A stretch of DNA of 64,000 nt from Podarcis bocagei (Eukaryota): assembly GCA_964188305.1 (NCBI GenBank), contig OZ076889.1; one strand, written 5' to 3'. The position numbers and the translations under genes are program-made. The notes beneath the pieces were generated by a model that worked only from the letters and a program-made list of their open reading frames with translations, did no database searches and was not told where the DNA came from. Below, piece after piece: positions 26,703 to 37,510 of the stretch. The first letter of the stretch is position 1, and every line of letters starts with the position of its first letter.

Positions 26703-27462
26703 TGACAATATCTAAGCCTGCAGATAACTAAAAGACAGACAAACCACTTTCCAAAATATATAGTAGATTAACAACAACAGTAATAGCAATAACAGAAGCT
26801 GTACTACTCAGGAAAAAACCCAAAGACCTCAGTATACTGAGCCAATAGATTTTTGTCTATCAAATGCTGAGAATAATGATGGTTGTTCTGCCCATCATAT
26901 TGCCCTTATGAACCAGTTGATCACTGTCAAAGATAGAATTGTAAACAAGATGAACTATTAGTCTGGTCCAGAATATCAATACTTATCTCAGGCTTGAACG
27001 GCCTCCCCTCATTCTTCATTTTCAACGAGTGCAGAGATTGTAAAGCAACTTTATGCTAAATGTGAATCATGGGTTTGACTGCAGGTGATTTCATAGTTTA
27101 TTTAGCAGTCTCAGTTTCATCCCATGTGTAAAGGCTTCCACTTGGCTGCTTTAATGTTTCGTTGTAGGTTTTGAGATGTACTTTGCGTTGTACATTAATG
27201 CTTTCAAGATCAGTTCTGCTGTGCATACCATGATGGGCATTCAACATGAAATGTGTGGCTACACTCAAATGCGGCTTCCTAAAAAGGTGGGGGAAATTAA
27301 AGGGAATGATGGAGATGGCTGGTGTTTGGACGTGCCTTCTTGCAATTTTCATTATGAGCATGTGAGAAGAATGTTTTATTTCTGAGAATGGTAATGGGGA
27401 TGCAATGGTTCGTGAAAAGAAGTGCAGTTGCAGAACAGTGTATATGTGAGTATGTGTATAAA

Positions 27463-27487
27463 CACACACACACACACACACACACAC
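27463..27487. repeat. (AC)n microsatellite
   Basis: Direct reading. Confidence 0.9.
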
Positions 27488-27528
27488 TACATTCTGTTAG
27501 TTGTTATGAGGGCTGAGTCTTCATGTTT

Positions 27529-27529
27529 A

Positions 27530-27578
<49 letters not shown>

Positions 27579-28152
27579 TAATTTATTTATACCCTGCCCA
27601 TCTGGCTGGGTTTCCCCAGTCACTCTGGGCAGCTTCCAGCTGAATATTAAAAACAATACAGCATCAAACATTAAAAACTTCCCTAAACAGGGCTGCCTTC
27701 AGTTGTCTTTTAAAAGTAAAATAGTTGTTTATTGCCTTGACATCTGATGGGAGGGCGGTCCACAGGGCAGGCGCCGCTACTGAGAAGGCCCTCTGCTTGG
27801 TTCCCTGTAACCTCACTTCTCACAGCGAGGGAACTGCCAGAAGGCCTTCGGCACTGGACCTCAGTGTCTGGGATAGATGATGGGGGTGGAGACGCTCCTT
27901 CAGGTATACAGGACCGAGGCCGTTTAGGGCTTTAAAGGTCAGCACCAACACTTTGAATTGTGCTTGGAAACATACTGGGAGCCAATGAAGATCTTTGAGG
28001 ACCGGTGTTATATGGTCTCGGCGGCCACTCCCAGTTACCAGTCTAGCTGCTGCATTCTGAATTAATTGCAGTTTCCGAGTCACCTTCAAAGGGAGCCCCA
28101 CATAGAGCGCATTGCAGTAGTCCAAGCAGGAGATAACTAGAGCAGGCGCCAC
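27529..28152 (-). mobile_element. L2 LINE 3' fragment with (TTA)n tail
   Basis: ORF 27820-28152 LDYCNALYVGLP..LQLIQNAAARL..HITPVL..LHWLP is the L2-clade C-terminal signature. (AAT)n at 27530-27577. Confidence 0.93.
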
Positions 28153-28154
28153 TC

Positions 28155-29230
28155 TAGTTTGGAAGAGGGAGGAACTAATTGATGAAGTGGAAGTACTGGG
28201 AACCTTGGGTGGAAATGATCATGTTCTCTTGGGTTTCATGATACAGAGGCAGGGCCAAATTTAGGTGTGATGAGGCCCTAGGCTATTGAAGGTAATGGGA
28301 CCCTTTATATGTCCACAATTTGTCAACAACAAATTGTCACTGTTTTTTGTGTTGAATATATGCTATATAGTAATTTATGGACCTAATAGGTATCTAAATC
28401 CATTTGCACATGTTGCCATGCAACCATTCCCTGTAGAATGTAGGCACCCTATATATAGAAATGAGCAAACCCGTGATATTTTAGGAAGCAGATGTGGGCC
28501 ATGACATCATGGGAGCCTACACAACACAAAACACTGTTGCTGTATGTAGGCTTTGTTTTATTTTTATTTTTATCTTATATTTTTGAAATGTACATCCAGT
28601 TTTTTTCCTTTAATTTTTTTTGGGGGGCCCAAGAGAATGGGGCCCTAAGCTATAGCTTGCTTAGCTTATACATAAATCTGGCACTGTACAGAGGCAAGGG
28701 AAAGCTGAGTGTAGCCAGGCTTACACTCTGGACTTGAAGTCTGATTTCAGAAAGCTTAAGGAACTACTGATTCTTAAGATCCCATGGGCAGAAATACTCA
28801 AAGAGAAGAGAGTCCAAGACGAATGGGAGATTCTGAAAGGTGAAATACTGAAGGAAGAAATGCAGACATTTTCGGGGGGGGGAGTGGGAGGCATCTAAAA
28901 AAATCAGCAAGCTGCATAAGGAGCTTACAGCTGAGCTGAGATTTAAGAAGGGCATGCATAAGAAATGGAAGAAAGGGGAAATCATGAAGGAAGAGTATAC
29001 ACGAGTAGCCAACAATTACAGGAAGAAGGTCAGCCAGGCCAAAGCTCAGAATGAACTCAGGCTTACAAGAGAGGTTAAAGAGGATAAAAAACGGTTTCTT
29101 CTGCTATGTTCAAAGCAAGAGGAAGAACAAGCAAGTAGTAGGTCCTTTGTTTTAATTGAGATTCCTGCATCACAGGGAGTTGGAATTGATGACGCTCAGG
29201 GTCCTTCCACCTCTGCAACTGATGCTGTGA
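28155..29230 (+). mobile_element. Old CR1 with the RT domain deleted, interrupted by a hAT MITE
   Basis: EELIDEVEVLGTLGGNDH..FMIQR|QGK..TLD and [16 protein letters not shown] align to CR1 ORF2. At ~29150 it jumps to a CR1 3' UTR (GATTCCTGCAT..GGGAGTTGGA..CCTTCCACCTCT). Confidence 0.8.
28250..28686. mobile_element. hAT MITE, 437 bp
   Basis: TIR CAGGGCCAAATTTA / TAAATCTGGCACTG, perfect 8-bp TSD TACAGAGG (28242-28249, 28687-28694). Confidence 0.9.
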
Positions 29231-29876
29231 ACCTTAGGAACCACGAGACCGATCCTAATAAATTCATGCTATAGTTGATCCATACAAACCTCCATTCATT
29301 TATGTCATGTTCTGTTTCTATCTTACCTGTCTTCAGTATGTATAGAGAGATTAGGGTGTCTTTCACCCTGCTTAGCTTCAGCAAGGTTTCTCTGTTATGA
29401 TGTCTACCATGCCCTGCAATATTCTGAAGCTGAACGTTCTAAGCGTGTGTTTTACTTCATTATTTTAACTCCGTATTCTGTTTCTTCATTCAAAGAGATT
29501 GCAGGACAGTTTAGAACTTAAAAACACAAAAACACATAACATAGTATGTGCTTTATGTTACCCATTATCCTATTTTCCCCTACTTTTTCTGCTTTCATTT
29601 CTTTGTCAAATAGGCCTCTTCATTCCATTGCTTCTAGAAACGTGCCTGCCACTTTTAAAGCATTACATTTGCAAATTTATTGCTAATGGACTTTTAAACA
29701 TGCCTCTCCATGTTGTAAAGTACTTTTCCTTCTTCTACTCAGAAAAGGCATCGGTGTCAGTATAGGGAACCTTTCTTGTTGCTTCTGTTATTATGTTTAT
29801 GATAGCATTCCTACTGGATTGCTGTTTAGTGATATTGTATGAATTCTCCTTCTTTTTTGAAGTAACTTCATGATCT

Positions 29877-30255
29877 CAGTGGCGGAGGAAGGGGGTCGGG
29901 GTGCGGTTCACCCCAAGTATTATCACTGGGGTGTGTGTGTGTGTGACAAAATGAGTTGTTGTTTTTTTAAAAAATAAAAATGGGCTCACAAAACTTTTTA
30001 GGAATGACGTGGTAGCTTGGGCGCCTGCAGGTTCCGTGCTGCCTGAAACCGCAGTGTGGGACTTGTGTCTGCCTACTGCCTCTCCCTCAGCCACCCAACA
30101 GCTGAGGGGGAGGCAGTGGAGAGCCTCCAAGCGATGGAGAGGCTTGGCCCGCCTCCACGGGCAAATTGCCCTACACCCATGGACACAGATCGCCCCACCC
30201 CCAATTGCAGGACACGTCCCTGCACCATGCACCCGAGCGGCTAGCTACGCCACTG
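29877..30255. mobile_element. GC-rich hAT MITE (CAGTGGCG family)
   Basis: CAGTGGCGGAG / CTACGCCACTG termini, 8-bp TSD CATGATCT/CATGATCC. Confidence 0.88.
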
Positions 30256-32814
30256 CATGATCCTACTATTTTATGTGTATAATATTTGTTAGAATCATAG
30301 ACTTTAGGTATAGATAGGTCTGGGCGCTGTGATGGGCTGAATGAGGGTGAGTTTTTCATTTGAGACCATGAGAGGGCTTGATAGTGCCTGAAACATGCAA
30401 CAGAATTTGCTGCTATTGTTACTACTGCTATGGCACTGAATTTCATTCTCAAGCAGACCTGAACCATAGGTTCCAGATGGAATGATCCCACCTCCCCACC
30501 TCCAAAGACTACACAATTCACACTGGAGTTCGGGTAGAGCAAATGATTTTACCCCCAAACTCCATCAACACCTCCTGGAGCAATGTGAAGCAACTCGCCC
30601 CTAACTGTAGACTGTGATTCAGCAAAAAGAACTGAACAGATGTCAATTTGCTTATGGATGATGTTCAACTGCTACTGAAATTTTCTCTTCGGTGTCGTTT
30701 AAAAAACAAAACAACACGAAAATGTTTATTTACTTATTTTAAGGCTGAACCACTCAAAGGGTCCGCATATTGCAGCTATAAGTTTGTAAAGGAAAAGTTG
30801 CAGTCACCTGTTGGAACAAATGTCCATACGTTTCTGCTACTCAGTGTCAGGGACTGGCTCCCTTGACACTTATTTATTAATTGCATGGTCACCTCTTCAT
30901 TTTATTCTCACAACAGCCCTATGAAGTAGGCCAGACTGAGAGTCAGTGATTGACTTTCTGGCTGAGTGGGGATTCAAACCCATGTCTCTCATGCTCGCCA
31001 TCTTTTCTCCACCATGAACCCAAAGGAAAATTATTAGCAGCTGGAGGCAGGCAGTAGATCATCAGAAAGAGACCATCTGAATTCTCTCCATGCAACATGT
31101 GCATGCATTCATATACATGAATATGCTACTGGAGAACAAACGGACTGTATGACATGTCTTCCCTTCACAGAACAAATGAGAGAAAAACATTGTCTCTGCA
31201 AGCATCCACAAAGGCTGCCTGGACTATATGCGCACAATATTACAGCTGTGGGGGAGTCATTGAAGCTTTGCAGCCTAAGCTTTCCCACATCTGTTCAGTA
31301 AAAGCAGATGCTGCTTTCTCTGCTCTCTTCTTTCCGCTGCACTTTCACAGTGTAATGCACTGATACTGTAAAACATTGGTCGGGGGAGCATTAGTGTGAA
31401 AATGGTGCTGGAAAAAGAATTTGCAGGTAATGGCTGTTTCTGCACTGGGCTTTCTAAGTTCCCTGGATAGCATCACTTTCAGCAGTTGGCTCTCAGAGCT
31501 TCACTTAAAGCAGTGAGGAGGAAAACTAATCTTTTGTGCTTGCTTTTCTTCAGTGGCCCTGTCTCATACTCTGATCCTAATGGGGCGGAAATGAGCTCAG
31601 CTGCCTAATTCTATTAAAAATGCTGGCTGTTATTTGCACATGGATGCTCATATGCTTGCTTGCAGCCTTGCTGCTATAATGCCATAGCAAAATGGAAGTG
31701 AGCCAAAGTCCCTTACAGTCTGGATCTCTGTCTGTCTGTCTGTCTCTCACTGCACCAACACTACCCACACAAACCTTTCCAGCAATCTGCAATGAGATAA
31801 ACCATTGCACAGAGGTGAACTTGAAAAAAAGATACATGAAATCCCACTAGTTAATTCCCGAAAAGAAAGATGCCGTGGCCTAGAACGCACATTCACTACT
31901 CTGGATGCAAGAATCCTTAACTCCAGATGGGTAAGGGGGCAATCCTAACTATTGTCAGCTAGGCTAAGCCTCCCAAAGTCTACCTGAGAGGGATCAGGAT
32001 GAGGCAGAAGTGTAATTCTTCTGGCAAGGCAGCACTCTCGGCAACCTCTGGTACACTTGCAGAAAGTTACATAGGTAGATGATCCTGGTGGTGATTCTGC
32101 CAGTGCAAAGGGCTGAAACAGGACAGGTTGGAAATGTTAGGTATCTGTTATGCCACTGTGCAGTTCTTGGAGTCACAAGACTCTGTTGACATTCCAGAAT
32201 GTTGGAAATCTCACAGGAGACGGGAGACGGATGTTGATGTTACTGGTTTCCTGTTCAGTTGTTTTCTGACTCTCACAGAGAGCAGGTGCATATTCTTTTC
32301 TGTCTTGCATAGTTACAAACAAAGTAGCAATGTAGCACATATTTCTGGCTCTTTCTGCTGCTGTCTGGGTACTCTGCGCAATGGAGAGCATGCCTGAATC
32401 CTCATACAAAGGCTTAGGTTGTGAATCACCGTCGGAGGAGAGCCTGGATGGGTTCCGAAGATACGGCCGGAGGAGTAGCCATTACAACTCGATCGTGCGG
32501 AGGCTATGACAGGAAGTAGCCTGTAACCCACAAGATCCAAAGACCTCACACTTCCTAAACAAATCCACCAGATTAGACCCCATTGCTTCATTGAAACAGC
32601 CCCGTACTGTACCCCTTAACTGTACTAGTAAGGCAGAAGCTGGCTAATTTCCCACTAGTTCCAATGGAAGCAGAGGTGTAGGAAGGTCAGGTGGTATCTG
32701 GTGTGGAAAATTTCTTGTCACTCCCCCACATCAATTTTTTTTATATTTATTTTTTTTGCCTGCAAAAATGGTTTTACATTATTTCCTATATTCTTACAAA
32801 GGAAGAATTAATTA

Positions 32815-32817
<3 letters not shown>

Positions 32818-32847
<30 letters not shown>

Positions 32848-33000
32848 CTTTTATTTATATCCCACCCTCCCCGGCCAAAGTCAGTCTCAGTGTGGCTAAC
32901 ATCAGATACATAACGTTGGTATAAAATCAAACAATAATTAAATTACCTCTTAAAAACACGTCAAAATCAAATTAAAGACTCATTAGATGGCTTTCCGCAG
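32818..33000 (-). mobile_element. LINE (L2-like) 3' tail with (TTA)n microsatellite
   Basis: (AAT)n followed by TTTATTTATATCCCACCCTCCCC..CTCAGTGTGGCTAACA. Confidence 0.55.
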
Positions 33001-34943
33001 GGTTAGGGTTGGGTTGGGAACAGTAAGTGATCCACTGAATTGAAATTTCAGCTTCACGACATTTACCACCAATCTCTCCCCTACCCCATACTTAAGATTG
33101 TTCTTCCATTAGTGCTGGTTTTAAGTATTGGATACAGTATAACTCTGTAGATTTCAGGCAGGCAAAAGCATTCCCCTCTTTACATATACCTACAAATATT
33201 TTGTGAATCTTCTGGGGTAGAGGAGGGAAATTTTTATAATTTTTGTGTCGTCTTTAAATATGAGGTTGTTAAAGGTTTGGGTTTTTTTTCTCCTTTCTTT
33301 TGCAACAAAAAAGAATAACTGGCTTCCAATCATTTGGAATTTTGGTTTGGCTTGGTTTAGGCATGCCATTTTCTGGACAGAATGCTCTAGGGAATGATGC
33401 TACATCATGACGTAGAATTGCTTGCATTGGCATTTTTTATTTTTCTTTTGTGGGGGTGGTTGCTTCCATTGTGGTAGGTTTTTGTTTTGTTTCTTTGTTT
33501 GTTTAAAAAGGGGGGGGGCGCTTGACCACTTTGCATTTTAGAAAAACCTAACATGATTTAAATCCTTCTCTCCCAAACCCACCAAATATCACTCCATTTT
33601 TGCAAGGGACAAATGGCCCTGCCAAAGTGGAGGTGGTATATTCTGTGCATGTTTAGTATTGATGGCTTAGCTGGTTGCAGAGACAACTCACATTCTGAGA
33701 GACACTCTGTTCGTTGTTCTTGTTTAACTTCCATTCTCAACTTTGGGTTATATAGACTCATCTTAAAAACATTTGTAATTTGTTTTTATTTTAATACTGA
33801 ATGTGAGTGGTTCTGTTATTGTTTACATGGTTATGTGTTAGTTTGCACATATCTTTACGACAAATCAACTAAAAAATGATGAACACTAGCACTGACAATG
33901 CATCTTGCGGTTGAGCACTGACCAGTATTAAACCCTATAAGGATCTCTGCAAGACTGACTACTTTATATTGATCTCTCATTCTCACTCATTTACTGTTAT
34001 GATCATTTGCAACTAAAGCCCACTTTGAGTTTCCTAAGTGGGAAATGTAGATTTCAGTTGCCATCTATTTCGTGCCGAGCCTTCTGTCAATTTATTCAGT
34101 GTTCAGTACAAGTCAGGCTTGACGCTTCCAGTATAAGAAATGCACAATTCTGTACCTCTTGCTATGTCAAATGTTGCATCCTGAACAAACTCAGAGCATG
34201 CCCAGGTAATAGATGTGTTCAGTCATGCATTTCTTGCCAGGGGACTATGGGAAGATTATAGGTATTAGAAGCTTCAAAATCTGAAGTGAGTCATTTGCTG
34301 AGGAGGTAATTAATCCATTGCATTAAAAAAAAAAAAAGCTTATGGGTTTTCAGCAAAGTATGCTTGGACTTAAAAGAAAAATCGTGACTTAAAATATAGT
34401 GGATTTTGTCAAGGCTATAGTAATTTCACTCCTGTGGCCCGCATAATGCTTCTTGCCAAATCACATTGGGAATACCAACTCTGGAAGCTAGTTTACTTCA
34501 AAGGATTCATTTATTTGAATGGGAAAAGAGGATAGATCCTTAAAAGTTCACCAACATTATGCAGAGACGGGAACATTCATGATCTAAGTTAGCCAGTCTA
34601 AGTTGCATAGATTTTATGTCATTTTGGTTGTTCTGCTAAACCTCATTGAACAGCACAAGAACAAAGGTGTGCGTGCATGAGGACATCAAAGTATAATAAA
34701 TGTATATGGGCAAGGCTTGGTTTTCTTGTAGCTATATGCTGTTGATTTTATATGTGCGTATGTGTATATATAATTGTGCGCTTAGTCAACTGTGGGGAAA
34801 ATCAAAGTACAGGACATTTAATGTATGCTTGATTTACTCTGCTTCAGCTAGCCATGAGACAGAAGTCATGAAGGGCAATAGTTCTTGGTTTCATTAAGCA
34901 ATGTCCACACATTTTCAAGCAATAAATGCTGGGAAACATAGTT

Positions 34944-35089
34944 TAGGGCTGTCATACATCCGGAATTTCTCGGACATAGCCAGGATTAGTCCGTCAAAAA
35001 TGGCGTCCAGGTGAAAATTTTGGATATCGTTTAAAAAGCTCAGCAACCTTTGTGTCCGGATTTTCACTTTTTGAAATATGGCGACCCTA
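34944..35089. mobile_element. hAT (Blackjack-type) MITE, 146 bp
   Basis: TAGGGCTGTCATA / TATGGCGACCCTA termini, 8-bp TSD ACATAGTT (34936-34943, 35090-35097). Confidence 0.88.
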
Positions 35090-35100
35090 ACATAGTTAAT

Positions 35101-35471
35101 TGGACACGGGTGGCGCTGTGGGTAAAACCTCAGTGCCTAGGACTTGCCGATCGTATGGTCGGCGGTTCGAATCCCCGCGGCAGGGTGAGCTCCCGTCGTT
35201 TGGTCCCAGCTCCTGCCCACCTAGCAGTTCGAAAGCACTCTTAAGTGCAAGTAGATAAATAGATACCACTTTATAGCGGGAAGGTAAACGGCGTTTCCGT
35301 GTGCTGCGCTGGTGCTGGCTCGCCAGAGCAGCTTCGTCACGCTGGCCACGTGACCCGGAAGTGTCTCCGGACAGCGCTGGCTCCCGGCCTCTTAAGCAAG
35401 ATGAGCACGCAACCCCAGAGTCGGTCACGACTGGCCCGTACGGACAGGGGTTCCTTTACCTTTACCTTTTT
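35101..35471 (-). mobile_element. Sauria SINE, young and CpG-rich
   Basis: Family motifs, (CCTTTA)n end, 13-bp TSD TAACATAGTTAAT (35088-35100, 35472-35484). Confidence 0.94.
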
Positions 35472-36366
35472 TAACATAGTTAATCTGTGCATAGCAAAAT
35501 CCAGAAAATGGTATAATCCAAAAGGGAGTTTCATTTTGATGTGCAAGCCAGCTGGGGAGCTTCAAATCTGCTTGATCTGCTGTCAAAGGTAGACCAAACA
35601 AATTCCTTTCTCATCCCTACCTGGACAAAAATATATGAAAATGTAGAGCATTTACTTGTCAAACAACAACTCTCATGGGGCAAAGGTCTCAAGGGGTGGG
35701 GAGCCTTCTCCAAAGACACTTGTAACTGATTACCTGCTTCTGCACCAAGCTGAGGGGAGCGTGTCCATAACTAAGTACCCCCTACCTTCCCAGTTTTAAT
35801 CTAATTATATGCAGATGCACAATAAATGCATAGGCACATATTGAAAGCTGAGCAATGCCTTCTATTTTGGGCTACAATCCTAACCTCCCTTCCCTAAGGG
35901 CAAGCCCCATTGAATTCAGAGGGACTTCTGACTAGTCATAGTAAGGTTTGCAGCCTAAAGTCTTGCATGCGCATTCTCATATGTTGCACATCAGAGACTC
36001 CTGGAGCTTCAAAGGAATTCTGCCCTGGACTGGAACCCAACGTTAAGTAGTTTCATATGGACCAGTTGGCTGATCTCTAGGTACCATATGGACAGATGCC
36101 GAAAGAACAATGTTGATAGTTCTTGTGTTATCACAAAAAAGACGGAGAGCTGTGATGAGGCGGGGCTGGACTGAGCTCAGCCAAAATGGTTGTTCTTTTG
36201 GCTAAAGTTGACATGTCATCTGTGGTGTTTGGGACACTGCTATATCCAGTGCTATTTTTCTAGAAAAATAGGTGCTGAACTCACAATGAACTCCTCCCTT
36301 GCTCTCTTAAAATGGTAAAGCCATTTCCGCCTTGGAGGAGATGGGGTTGCGGGCTAACTCCTCCCA

Positions 36367-36509
36367 CACGTGCGCGGGGGCTGGCCTTTGCCCCCGCGCG
36401 AGCAGGGAATCCCCGGGCGTGTCACCGAGCCAGCCAGCCAATCAGCTGGCCGGGGAGGTGGGGCCTGGCCTATTTAAGGGCGGGCACGCCCGGAGACCGC
36501 CCTCTTTCC
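36367..36509 (+). promoter_or_regulatory. Predicted Pol II promoter of unit B
   Basis: E-box CACGTG 36367-36372, kappaB-type GGGAATCCCC 36405-36414, CCAAT 36438-36442, GC-box-like 36452-36463, TATTTAA 36471-36477, CTCTTTCC at 36502 (31 nt after the TATA start). Confidence 0.55.
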
Positions 36510-36569
36510 ACCTGGGCAGCCGAGAGGTTTTCCCGTCCCACCCACCCTTAGGCTTAGCTAGACACGACC

Positions 36570-36669
36570 TTGCTATGGACTTCGGTTGGTCGCCGCAAGG
36601 GGCCTGGTAGGAATTTTTCCAAGTTGGCGCAATTTTAGCCTTTTGGTTTTTTCGCCTACCTCGTAGCAA
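36570..36669 (+). ncRNA. Candidate ENE-like (U-rich internal loop) RNA structure
   Basis: GGTAGG-AA-T5-CCAAG...TTTGG-T6-CG-CCTACC (36606-36660), inside an outer stem TTGCTATG/CGTAGCAA, with UUCG- and GCAA-capped side hairpins. Confidence 0.55.
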
Positions 36670-37324
36670 ACGTCACAACTTCCATGGTTTTGGCGGTTAG
36701 GCAATGGCAGGGGGAATTGTTATGCAAATGAGAGGGGGGAAGGAAGCGCCATCACCTTCCCCAAATAAAAGGGGTAGTCCGGTAGAGGACTCCGGGGGCG
36801 TTGCCTTGTCCGAAACCTAGGGAGGTAAGGGCCTCCGGCACGCCCCCGAGCGGTGACACCCGTGGGATCCTAGTTGGCATACTTCAACAGGACCCCCACG
36901 GTTTGTGTACAACCCTTCCCGGTCTCCATGCCGGGTAGTCGATAGGAGCCAATGCCTAAAGCCAATACCTTTCAATTCTGTAATCAATAAAGTTGTGGCC
37001 TTTTATGCCCATTAACCTAAAATATTGTGTCCAGTGTCTTCATTTCATATGGGGGGGGGAGACTTGCCACACAATGGTGCCCACCTGAGAGGTGCTGGAA
37101 CTGAGTTGCAGCTGGAAAAAAAGCCCTGGCTATATCCGTCATGTTGACTGCTCTGAGAAGGCCTCTCTGTAGTGACTCTCTATCACCAAAGAAAGTCATT
37201 TTGGGAAGAACATAATGGATGGAACACTGCTGCAGTCTGATGGTGAGCTTTTTCATCTGTTGTTTTGAGAAAGAGAGAGATGCCATCAGTACACTAAATA
37301 CTAATGGGAACTCTCTAGTTAATT

Positions 37325-37510
37325 CATACCTGAACCATGAATTCACTTAGGTGACCTTAGGCAAGTCACTATCTCTCAATCTTGGCCTCCCTCTCTCCTG
37401 CATCTGTGATATGTGGATAATAATAGTAGCCTTTTTGACATGATTGGAGCTAGGGATTACAGAGTTTTGGATGTTTGCTGTGCTGTATAAAATGCCAAGC
37501 AGTATTATTG
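37325..37510 (+). mobile_element. Old MIR/CORE-like SINE fragment
   Basis: GTGACCTTAGGCAAGTCACT..CATCTGTGATATG.GGATAATAATAGTA resembles the CORE domain. Confidence 0.5.

Larger units (their letters stand above)
36316..37074 (+). mobile_element. Structured LTR-like unit, copy B (candidate DIRS/Ngaro-type terminal repeat), CpG-rich and young-looking
   Basis: Boundaries fixed by the host MITE. AAAGCC + hairpin start and CTGTAATCAATAAAGTTGTGGCC..CCCATTAACCT end are shared with 45979-46851. No TG..CA ends. Confidence 0.75.
36247..37128. mobile_element. hAT MITE split by the 36316-37074 insertion
   Basis: CAGTGCTATTTTTCTAG / CTGGAAAAAAAGCCCTG termini, perfect 8-bp TSD GCTATATC (36239-36246, 37129-37136). 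Confidence 0.88.
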
